Assembly (NCBI GenBank): GCA_044226015.1 | Contig: JBGAHS010000001.1 | Span: 544,001-608,000, forward strand | Direction: 5' to 3' | Length of the DNA: 64,000 nt | From: Candidatus Obscuribacteraceae bacterium | GTDB taxonomy: Bacteria; Cyanobacteriota; Vampirovibrionia; Obscuribacterales; Obscuribacteraceae | In this document: piece after piece, positions 55,667-64,000 of the stretch | Numbering within the stretch: position 1 is the stretch's first letter | Layout of the letters: each line of letters starts with the position of its first letter | Program-made: the position numbers and the translations under genes | The notes under the pieces: generated by a model | What the model was told of the DNA's origin: nothing | The model's database searches: none | Seen by the model: the letters and a program-made list of their open reading frames with translations, nothing else

Positions 55667-57262
55667 CTAACTTTGAATTCTCACAAAGTTTGCCGCCAGC
55701 GCGTTTTGCTGCGCGACCCGTTTGTAAATAAGTGCGCTCTTTCGCAAGGTTCGTTTTAGAGTCGGATAGGAGACTCTCACCAGCCCGAATCTTGCGCGAA
55801 GACCTTCCGCCCATTCAAAGTTATCGAGCAGCGACCAGTGTAGGTATCCTTTTACATTGGCACCATCTGTGATGGCTCTGTACAGTGACTCCAGGTGTGA
55901 TACCAGATAGCGTATGCGACCAGAATCTTCAAGTGACCAATCACCTTCAGTCAGGTCTGCTTCGTACATGTTGGCATGACCGTTTTCGGTGATGTAGATG
56001 TCACGTTCTTTTCCGCTTGCATCAAATCTGTATGGCTTAAGCTCATGCACAAGCAAGTTATACAGACCCTGAGGGTATGACTCCCAGCCCAAGCCGGAAA
56101 GCTCATTCTCTGCGATTTCTGATTTGGTACCGAATATATCTATTGGCCATTTCCATTCAAACTGGCAAAATTGACGGGTGTAGTAGTTGATGCCTATGAA
56201 ATCCATGCTTCCAGCCAACCCCGGAAGGTCGCCGCTGAGGTCTTTCAGTCGCGGGTCCATGTTTGCAGGCCAGGGCCAGGCGAGTCGACCAGAATGCATG
56301 GCTGACATAAAACAATGGTTGAATACCGTATCGCGCATGTAGCGGGTGAGATGATCCATCGGGTTGAACTTATTTCTTGGTGAGAAGCTCATCCAATGAT
56401 GTGTGACGCTGACCCTTGCCTCAGGGGATTCTTCGTGAATTGCTTTGTAAGCCAGTGCATGTCCTCTGAGCATATTGCGAAGGCAATCAAATCCCTTTAA
56501 GTAATTGTGCTCATAACCTGGTGGCCAGACGGCAGCGATGTAACCCTGGTAAACGTAAGCCAGCGGCTCGTTCAGCGTTAACCAGAAGTCCACATATTCG
56601 CCCAATTCACGTGCTGCAAATTTGGCAAAACGTTCAAACTCGGTTATGGTCAGTTCGTTGTTCCAACCTCCAATATCCGCCAACCAGCTCGGTAGACAGA
56701 AGTGAAAGAGCGTGACAAAGGTTTTGAATCCCTTCGCTTTGAGTAGCTTAAGCATGTCTCTGTAGGTGTTAAGCGTCTCATCATCAGCTCTGTATTCGTG
56801 ATTGGGACCTGGGCACATTGCTGGCCAGTTAAGGCTCAAGCGGAAGCTATTCAGATTCATTTCTTCGCAGAGTTCAATGTCTTGCTTATAGCGAGCGAAG
56901 AATTCACAGGCTTTGTCGGCTGTTGAGCGGTCAAGTATGCGCCCCTCTTCTTCCGTCCATTTTGCCCAATCAGACATTCGATTGTTTATTTCTTCAGGAT
57001 GCCCTTCAACTTGAAAGTGTGATGTGGCAACACCCCAGAGGAAGCCTTCCGGGAATTTGAAATCGTTTTTGTTTTTGTCCACTGCCGAACTCTCTATGAG
57101 CTGATCTTCCAACTGCTTTTCGAAAGCCACGGAGAGGCTATGCTCGATTGATAGAGCTTCGGCTTTCTGCTGTTCAAAAATTTGAACCGATTCTAAATGA
57201 GTCTGGTTCTCATTTTTCATTACTTTTTCGCTTGCTAGTAAAGGATCTTGATTGTTGGACAT
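55667..57262 (-). CDS. Glycoside hydrolase family 1
   Basis: FLWGVATS..QVEG, TLNEP, ITENG, WSLLDNFEW. Confidence 0.95.
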   Translation of the reverse strand: MSNNQDPLLASEKVMKNENQTHLESVQIFEQQKAEALSIEHSLSVAFEKQLEDQLIESSAVDKNKNDFKFPEGFLWGVATSHFQVEGHPEEINNRMSDWAKWTEEEGRILDRSTADKACEFFARYKQDIELCEEMNLNSFRLSLNWPAMCPGPNHEYRADDETLNTYRDMLKLLKAKGFKTFVTLFHFCLPSWLADIGGWNNELTITEFERFAKFAARELGEYVDFWLTLNEPLAYVYQGYIAAVWPPGYEHNYLKGFDCLRNMLRGHALAYKAIHEESPEARVSVTHHWMSFSPRNKFNPMDHLTRYMRDTVFNHCFMSAMHSGRLAWPWPANMDPRLKDLSGDLPGLAGSMDFIGINYYTRQFCQFEWKWPIDIFGTKSEIAENELSGLGWESYPQGLYNLLVHELKPYRFDASGKERDIYITENGHANMYEADLTEGDWSLEDSGRIRYLVSHLESLYRAITDGANVKGYLHWSLLDNFEWAEGLRARFGLVRVSYPTLKRTLRKSALIYKRVAQQNALAANFVRIQS

Positions 57263-57343
57263 TGCAATCTTTGAATCGATGGTGATAAAAGGGTCCTGAT
57301 AGAAGCGTACTGTTGGGGCTATAATTGAGCCTTAAAGTCTGAA

Positions 57344-59845
57344 ATGGGACTAAGATTCTTATGGAATCCTATTGTCATCTTACTACTGATCATTTCTTTT
57401 TATCAACGTAGTATGACGCAAACGACAGATGTAAATTCCTTTTCGGACGCTCAAGACCCGGATGGACATTCTTTGACTTCGACAAGTTCACTCCCAAGCG
57501 AAGCGACAGCGGCGACAGTCCCAAAATCGACGCTAGCTCTCAATTTTGCAGCCTATGCCATTCTAATTTTTCTTAATTTGCTTTGCTACTTGCGGACAGT
57601 CGGTGCCTACTACCTTGCTGACGATTTTGTCCATGTGGCTTATCTAGCTGATGTCTTCAATAACCATTTCTATCGTTTGTTGGAGAACTTCACGGGAAAC
57701 TGGATGCATGCCTGGGGAACGCAATTTTATCGCCCTCTAATATCAATAAGTCTGGCGATAGATTATGGACTCGGCTCTGGTGACGCCCTTCCCTTTCACA
57801 TATCAAATACTGTTTATCATGTCTTAAGCAGCTGCTTTCTCTTCTTGTTTGTAAGAAGGCTGCTATGCGAATTCAGCCCTATGCGAGCATATTTCGCGGC
57901 ATTGTTCAGCGCGATTTTCTTTGCCGTCTGCCCCTTGCACACCGAGGTGGTCAGCTGGGTTATTGGGCGTGTCGATGGACTCTGTCATGTATTTTTCATG
58001 GCTTCGCTTTATCTTTTCCTGAGACATAAGCAAGATGGCGTGAAATGGGCGCAGGTTCTAGGTCCTCTTGCTTTTGCAATGAGCTTGATGTGCAAAGAAA
58101 TGGCCGCGACTCTGCCACCGCTGCTGGTGCTTCTGGGCTTTGTGGCTTCTGCACAGGGTTCTTTAACGCAGCTGCTAAAGAATTCCATTAAAGATAGCCT
58201 GAGCTATTGGGGCGTTTTACTTGCATATCTGGGCGTGCGCGTTTTAGCCCTCGGTACTTTTTCGGGAGGATACGGCGGTTCTGTAGGGGAGGGCTTGAGC
58301 AATGCTTCATGGACAGAGAGATTTCGAAGTGCAAGCAAAATTTTTATGCCGTTCAATGGTGAAATTATTTCGCCCTTCGACTCACTTTCAAAGTCTCTAG
58401 TCTCCCTCTATAAGGCATCTGCTGTATTTCTTCTGCTGCGAACTCTACTATTACCCTGGCAAGTTCGCGAATTGAAAGTAATCGCATTTTGCATCGGCTG
58501 GTTTGTTCTCTCGCTGCTGCCAACCTATTCTGTCTTCAATATCAGTGATAGTCTTATGTGCAGTCGATTCGCTTATTTTGCAACTGCACCGTTCTGTACC
58601 TTTCTCGCTATTATTTTATTTCCTTTCTGGCAAGCTCCAAAGCGCAGTTTTCTTAAGACTTTTGAGCCCTGGTTAGCTCGCTTTTCAGTCGCCTTGCTTG
58701 TCTGTTTCTCTCTGGTTTTCTGTGGAACTACCATAAAGAACAACAAGCCCTGGGCTGATGCTGGAAAGCAACTACGTGCTTTCAGAGCCGCTGTCGCAGG
58801 TTGCTTTGTCGCAGCTAACCCTCCTGAAAAAATTGCGCTTCTAAATATTCCACATCGGTTGGAAGGCGCTCATATGATTTACAACGGAGCTATGCTCTGG
58901 GTGCTTTTGAGTGAGCCGCTTACTAAGCCGTCCGTCGCGGACAGAGTGCTGAATTTCGAACCACCTACTTATGGCGACCCTGAGCTGATAAATGTAAGTC
59001 GACTGCGACGCATCGTCAAGGCTGACAAGTTTCCAGTCAAATATTGGGATGCCGATAAGAAGAGCCTATTTGAGCTAAAGCTCGACCCACAGCCAAAGGA
59101 AATTAGCTTCGACCTTTCGACAATGAATACGTTGTTGGGTAAACAATCTGGTGATTCACTGAATTTAGAGTCACCAAAGATGGATTTGAACAGCGCTGCT
59201 GCTGATTTCGTGACCTGCACTCTCCGCTTTGAAAAAAACGAATCTGCAAAAGGTTTTGTGACCTTGTACTGGTCTTCTCGTCTCTACCCTTCTTATTCAA
59301 TTAAACGGTCGCTGAGTCTTGCGGTGAACTACGATGGACTTGAGCATGAATACGCATTTCCTGTGTCGGAAAGAAAAGCTTGGATTGCTGGCGAAACAAT
59401 TAACGGTTTGATGCTTCAAGTTCCGAACGCTGCCGGGTCAAAAGTTGAATCTGTTGGGAAGATGAATGTACTGTCCGCGCGATCAATTATGCCAATACTT
59501 GAGCCGCAAGATATGGCTCTTGGAGTAGATGGAATTGATCGAATGAGCGGAACTCGCTTTCAAATTCGTTGTGATGCCAGGCAGATTCCCGCATGCCAGA
59601 GTATTCGGTTGGAGCTTTCAAAGCCAAATTCATGGTTCGAACACTACTCCGGTACTTTGCGAGACAAAACTCTGTCAGAGCAATGTCTTGCAAAATTCAC
59701 AAAAGTGGGGCAGCAGGCAAAATTTGAATTTACCCGACAGGATTTCCCTCAGTCGGCATATTACGAGTTGAGAGCCTTTGCTCTCGATAAGCAAGGCAAG
59801 CCGATTGGAATCTGTTCTGACCCCATCAATTTACAAATTGACTAA
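57344..59845 (+). CDS. GT-C fold (PMT/TMTC/ArnT-like) membrane glycosyltransferase
   Basis: ADDF, YRPL, FHISN, HTEVVSWVIGRVD, KEMA; multiple TMs; start may be 57413. Confidence 0.8.
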   Translation: MGLRFLWNPIVILLLIISFYQRSMTQTTDVNSFSDAQDPDGHSLTSTSSLPSEATAATVPKSTLALNFAAYAILIFLNLLCYLRTVGAYYLADDFVHVAYLADVFNNHFYRLLENFTGNWMHAWGTQFYRPLISISLAIDYGLGSGDALPFHISNTVYHVLSSCFLFLFVRRLLCEFSPMRAYFAALFSAIFFAVCPLHTEVVSWVIGRVDGLCHVFFMASLYLFLRHKQDGVKWAQVLGPLAFAMSLMCKEMAATLPPLLVLLGFVASAQGSLTQLLKNSIKDSLSYWGVLLAYLGVRVLALGTFSGGYGGSVGEGLSNASWTERFRSASKIFMPFNGEIISPFDSLSKSLVSLYKASAVFLLLRTLLLPWQVRELKVIAFCIGWFVLSLLPTYSVFNISDSLMCSRFAYFATAPFCTFLAIILFPFWQAPKRSFLKTFEPWLARFSVALLVCFSLVFCGTTIKNNKPWADAGKQLRAFRAAVAGCFVAANPPEKIALLNIPHRLEGAHMIYNGAMLWVLLSEPLTKPSVADRVLNFEPPTYGDPELINVSRLRRIVKADKFPVKYWDADKKSLFELKLDPQPKEISFDLSTMNTLLGKQSGDSLNLESPKMDLNSAAADFVTCTLRFEKNESAKGFVTLYWSSRLYPSYSIKRSLSLAVNYDGLEHEYAFPVSERKAWIAGETINGLMLQVPNAAGSKVESVGKMNVLSARSIMPILEPQDMALGVDGIDRMSGTRFQIRCDARQIPACQSIRLELSKPNSWFEHYSGTLRDKTLSEQCLAKFTKVGQQAKFEFTRQDFPQSAYYELRAFALDKQGKPIGICSDPINLQID

Positions 59846-59848
59846 ACC

Positions 59849-60532
59849 TTAGACGAGCTGCGCTGGACGACCCCACACTGATTGCAGGTTCGCCATCTGT
59901 TTTTGCAGTTCATGCCTTACGCTCTTGTCGCGGCAGCTGTTAGCTTCCCAGTAAAGCTGGCACCATTTGCGGTGTGCTTTCTTCTTACCTTCGGAAGCCT
60001 CTTCCTCGCAAATCTCGTACATTCTGTCCAGAAACGCAATTGCTTCATTGGCATCTGCCAGCTCGTCTCTTTCGCCATCAAAAATAGACGGGCTAATGTT
60101 TTGCCTGTCTTGTGAGAAGCACCAGCGGAGAGTGCTCAGTGTTTGTGCATCGATGCGACTACATTCTGAAGTGTAAGTTTCGAATCGACGAAGAATTTTT
60201 TCAGGATAGAATTCAATGTAGCTATTCTCCGGCCAATCATCGCCGTACTCAATAGGTTCGCTGCTACCCTGTCGGTAAGCCAGGAAGTATCCTGGAAAAC
60301 TTGTGATCAGTATCTTGAACAACTGATCTCTTACTTGTGACCATGCTTCAAGCGAAACATGTGACTTACTACTAGTGTCTTCCTCTGCCTCTGGCGACAG
60401 CGCAAGATCAATAGTTCTAATTGCGTTGCAAACCTTGAACAGAGCAGGTCTTTCGAGCTTCAGCTCCAACCGTCTGCAATAGAAGTACGCTTCGTCTAGA
60501 GGCATCCCCTTTCTTCTTTCACTCTTAGCCAT
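59849..60532 (-). CDS. Hypothetical protein
   Basis: 227-aa ORF filling the gap between the two GT-C genes. Confidence 0.7.
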   Translation of the reverse strand: MAKSERRKGMPLDEAYFYCRRLELKLERPALFKVCNAIRTIDLALSPEAEEDTSSKSHVSLEAWSQVRDQLFKILITSFPGYFLAYRQGSSEPIEYGDDWPENSYIEFYPEKILRRFETYTSECSRIDAQTLSTLRWCFSQDRQNISPSIFDGERDELADANEAIAFLDRMYEICEEEASEGKKKAHRKWCQLYWEANSCRDKSVRHELQKQMANLQSVWGRPAQLV

Positions 60533-60828
60533 AATGCAGCCCTGCCAACGCTCAACGACCTTTTTATACCCGCGGATGTCAAGCTTCTCTCGGCCCCCAA
60601 AAATTTAGGAGAAAAAGGCTGGAAACGATGCAGAGTGCCTGGAAAATCCCCGGTGTGTAGCCGATATCCTCTGGGGAACCGCTTGAATGGCTGGTTGACA
60701 ATTTTGCGATTCTGGCAAAGTTCTCTCTGAAAGCTTGGGCGCTTCAACTTTCAGGGTTTGATGAAATCTGGCTAGCAACCGAGCAGATTTCAATCCATAT
60801 AATGAATGCTTCTTGGGGAGAGTGAAGC

Positions 60829-63012
60829 ATGAACTCCAGTGTAAAAGACGAACCGCGTTTAACGCTGAGACCCGCCCGAATTGAGCCATTCTCTGTCAAG
60901 TTTCAGATGGTCGTCGCTGCCTGTGCCTTCTTCCTTATCACGTTGCTGGGCACCGGACCTGCACTAAATGTAGGTTTCCTGCTGGACGACTACCTTCATT
61001 TGGACTACATCTACCGTGCTGCCACTCTTCACGATTGGTCTGATTTTTTGCACAACTTTGTAGGAAACTGGGCGAACTCTCCACTTATGCAGAGCTATCG
61101 TCCGCTAGTCTCTGTGAGCTTGTTTCTTGATTATCTTATTTGGGGCGCAAATGCCTGGGGATTTCATTTCTGTAATCTTGTTTTGATGGCGCTCTGCTCT
61201 TTAGGAGTCGGGCTCATCACCCTTGAGCTAACAGGAATGAGGGGAAACCGATTAGGCGCGGCGCCGGCGTTCTGGGCTGGTCTGCTTTTTGCCATATATC
61301 CCGCACATTTGGAAGCGAGCGCTTGGATAATTGGCAGGGTCGATCTGCTCTGCACAGTGTTTTTCCTCAGCAGTGTTTTTTGCTACCTGCGATTTCGACT
61401 GCTTCGTGAAAGCGGTTTCCTATGGGTTTCGGTGATAAGTTTTATCGCTGCATTGCTTAGCAAAGAGATGGCAGTGGTACTGCCTGTGGTGATAACTGCA
61501 ATTGAGCTTTTGCTATATCCTTACTTTCGCGAACACCCCGATGCCGCTAACAAAACTAGAAGGCAGAATATAAGACTTCAGTGTGTCTTTATCTTCTGGT
61601 TTGTCTTAGGTTTGTATTTCACGCTTCGACTGGCAATATTAAACACGCTTGTCGGCGGGTATGGCAGCAGTTCTATTCCATTGCCTCTGATTATCTCGCG
61701 GCTCTGTGACAAATCAAGTTGGGACCAACTCTTGTATCCGGTTAACCTGGATATTCTTAGTAGAACTGCAGAATGGAGTTTTAAGGAACAACTGGTCAAA
61801 TTGTCGCGCGGGCTTTATATTGGAATGTTGTCAATTGCCGGACTTCGCGCTTTTACCGGCACTATTAGCTTTCGCATACTTGCACTGCTTCTTGTCTGGC
61901 TATTGGTGGGCATCACGCCGACCTATCAGATATGGAACATCAGTCCTAATATGGTCGGAAGTCGCTTGTTTTTCTTGAGTTCGGCACCGTTTGTGATTCT
62001 TCTCTCTGTATTTGCGTTGCCCTGCATTGACGCAGTCAAAGCGAAATTCGCAAAAGCATTTGCCTGTGTTGGCAGTCTTATGCTTTTAGGGCTGGTACTT
62101 ATCTGGTCTTACTGGATGCAGGTGGACCTCGCCTCATGGAAAGGTGCTGCTGCAGAACTTGGGTCTTTCAGGCAGCAACTTGCCGCCAAAATAAGAGAGC
62201 TGCCCGATGGAAAGAAGTTGATTCTCCTAAATTTGCCTTCTGATTATTCTGGTGCTGGCGAGTTAACACGCAATCAGTATTTGAAGTTCATCGAAAGTGC
62301 GCCCATTTCCAAAGCTGATGAGCGCAATTTGGTTGACACTCTTGTGCCAGATGATCCGGCGCCAGATTTTGATTTCTCCAGTGCGATAAAGGGCAAGTTG
62401 CAAGACGGCTCGATTGCAGCGTTGCTCAGCTGGGAGGCTCCAAAAGGGAACTCGCAAACCGGGCGCTTGAGTGCCTGGGTTAAACCGCTTGAAGCGCAGA
62501 ATCATACTCAGATTGATATTGGAGCACAGTCAGAGTTGCCTTTTGTCGTTCTTGATGCGGGTTCGAACCTTGAGTCTCTTGAGCTTGGAAAATCATTTGT
62601 AATTCAGAAAACTCCTGACGACCAGTGGACAGTATCAGCAGATGGAAATACTTATCGCTTGGACAATGGTGGACTGCGCGTTCGTCCGTTAAAGTCTGGC
62701 GTAACTGTTTTGTTCAAGGTGGAAGCACTGTCTCCGCTATTATGCAAAAATGCTTCTCTGAATTTGCAGCTGAATGGAAAAGAGACTATCGCTCTGGATT
62801 TCCTATTTAGTGCGGACGAAGCCAAAGCTGAGGCTGGCTCATTTGTTTCATGTAAGAGTTTGCCTCTAACGGTCAAGAAGGACAGTGAAGATGCTTCTAT
62901 TGATTTAGGCAGGTTTAAAACCTGGTGCCTTTCACAGAACGTGCACACGCTTGGTTTGCATTTGCCGGCTGGTGATTACGAAGTTCTTCTAAAATCAATT
63001 GGAATCAAATAG
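60829..63012 (+). CDS. GT-C fold membrane glycosyltransferase (paralog of 57344-59845)
   Basis: LDDY, YRPL, FHFCN, HLEASAWIIGRVD, KEMA. Confidence 0.8.
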   Translation: MNSSVKDEPRLTLRPARIEPFSVKFQMVVAACAFFLITLLGTGPALNVGFLLDDYLHLDYIYRAATLHDWSDFLHNFVGNWANSPLMQSYRPLVSVSLFLDYLIWGANAWGFHFCNLVLMALCSLGVGLITLELTGMRGNRLGAAPAFWAGLLFAIYPAHLEASAWIIGRVDLLCTVFFLSSVFCYLRFRLLRESGFLWVSVISFIAALLSKEMAVVLPVVITAIELLLYPYFREHPDAANKTRRQNIRLQCVFIFWFVLGLYFTLRLAILNTLVGGYGSSSIPLPLIISRLCDKSSWDQLLYPVNLDILSRTAEWSFKEQLVKLSRGLYIGMLSIAGLRAFTGTISFRILALLLVWLLVGITPTYQIWNISPNMVGSRLFFLSSAPFVILLSVFALPCIDAVKAKFAKAFACVGSLMLLGLVLIWSYWMQVDLASWKGAAAELGSFRQQLAAKIRELPDGKKLILLNLPSDYSGAGELTRNQYLKFIESAPISKADERNLVDTLVPDDPAPDFDFSSAIKGKLQDGSIAALLSWEAPKGNSQTGRLSAWVKPLEAQNHTQIDIGAQSELPFVVLDAGSNLESLELGKSFVIQKTPDDQWTVSADGNTYRLDNGGLRVRPLKSGVTVLFKVEALSPLLCKNASLNLQLNGKETIALDFLFSADEAKAEAGSFVSCKSLPLTVKKDSEDASIDLGRFKTWCLSQNVHTLGLHLPAGDYEVLLKSIGIK

Positions 63013-63015
63013 AAA

Positions 63016-64000
63016 ATGAAAAAAACTAGCTCTACCTTGCTCTTCTGTCTTGCTGCAATTGGATTTTTCCAGGCAGCAGCTTTCGGGCAAGACAATGCCT
63101 CTGGTCTAAGTGCCGGTGGAAATTTTGTGCCGGGCTTTTCCCAATCTTCTGAGCAGGAGCAGGGTCAGGTTCAGAAGATTGAACGGTATGTTAGAGCGCA
63201 ACTGAACCAGCAGAATTGTCCGGCTTATCATTTGACTGTCATAAAAAACGGGAAAGTGATTTTGCATCATGGATATGGAACCCTGAGTCTAGACTCAAAC
63301 GTACCTGTTACAAGTCAGACAGTTTTTGGGCTAGCTTCGCTAACGAAGACATTTACAGCGCTTACATTGTTGTCCCTTGTTGATAAGGGATTAATTGGTC
63401 TGGATGACCCTCTTTCAAAATATCTAGATGATTTAACTCCAGAGTATAAGTCTTTGACGATAAGGCAGTTAGCATCGATGACCGCTGGCGTCCCGAAAAC
63501 AGTGCCAGAGGAAATAAGGTGGCCAGAACAAATTAAACCGCTGGTTCATTTACCTTTAGTTTCGCAACCGGGTTCGCAATTCCTATATTCTAATTTCAGC
63601 TATCGCTTGCTCGGTAGTGTTATCGAAAAAGTCACGGGTAAGCCATTTCTTGAGGTGGTGCGCGAAAAAATTCTATTAGCTCTGAATATGAGTTCAACTG
63701 CCACCACTGAGATTCTTCAATCCACCGGTAATCTGGCGCAAGCGTATGGCGACAACAACGGCAAGGGCCCGCTGCGCGCGATCGAATATAAGGATCCCCA
63801 CATATCTTTTTCAGCCGGTATGTTAGCTAGTTGTGGCGATGATCTGCTTTCGTATGTGCGAGGCATGTGGTCCGGCAAAATGTTATCTCCTGACGGATAC
63901 AAAACGCTCTGGTCTTTTCGACCTCCGCTTTCTACTGGAGAAGCGTCGAATTGGGCCTTCGGTTGGTCATCAGTAAGCAGCCCTAATTATGCTGGCAAAA
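63016..64000 (+). CDS. Serine hydrolase, beta-lactamase class C/AmpC-like family, runs off window
   Basis: Not in ORF track; manual translation MKKTSSTLLFCLAA...FGLASLTKTF (SxxK)...FLYSNFSY (YxN). Confidence 0.88.
   Translation, partial: MKKTSSTLLFCLAAIGFFQAAAFGQDNASGLSAGGNFVPGFSQSSEQEQGQVQKIERYVRAQLNQQNCPAYHLTVIKNGKVILHHGYGTLSLDSNVPVTSQTVFGLASLTKTFTALTLLSLVDKGLIGLDDPLSKYLDDLTPEYKSLTIRQLASMTAGVPKTVPEEIRWPEQIKPLVHLPLVSQPGSQFLYSNFSYRLLGSVIEKVTGKPFLEVVREKILLALNMSSTATTEILQSTGNLAQAYGDNNGKGPLRAIEYKDPHISFSAGMLASCGDDLLSYVRGMWSGKMLSPDGYKTLWSFRPPLSTGEASNWAFGWSSVSSPNYAGK

Overview
Bacterial chromosomal window. Gene style (pipY/yggS-sepF cluster, Zn-ribbon Ser/Thr kinase, giant Gly/Ser-rich surface protein, no photosynthesis genes) suggests a non-photosynthetic Cyanobacteriota relative (Melainabacteria/Obscuribacterales-like); this placement is inference only. 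1-21.8 kb is mostly housekeeping: NDP-sugar pyrophosphorylase, a divergent argH-like gene, MFS, kinase, accDA, rsmE-yggS-sepF, obgE, pheST, plus an unusual membrane-anchored double-Roadblock protein and two unannotated small basic proteins. 22-32.3 kb encodes a ~3445-aa secreted Gly-rich repeat protein behind a long structured leader. The main result is a ~19-kb block (33.4-52.2 kb) combining four parts: an Ehr (hydrogenase-4-like) complex whose large subunit lacks the NiFe Cys ligands, an ABC/HlyD/TolC exporter, two ArsR regulators, and a DabBA-type inorganic-carbon pump preceded by a degenerate MurF-like gene. A shared ~20-bp palindromic operator (ATATGCWAATRTTTGMACAT-like) lies in front of each unit, which suggests one regulon, hypothetically for CO2/bicarbonate acquisition. 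52-64 kb holds an orphan cysD, bcp, dsbD, a GH1, two paralogous GT-C glycosyltransferases and a partial serine hydrolase. No rRNA, tRNA, CRISPR array or mobile element was recognised.
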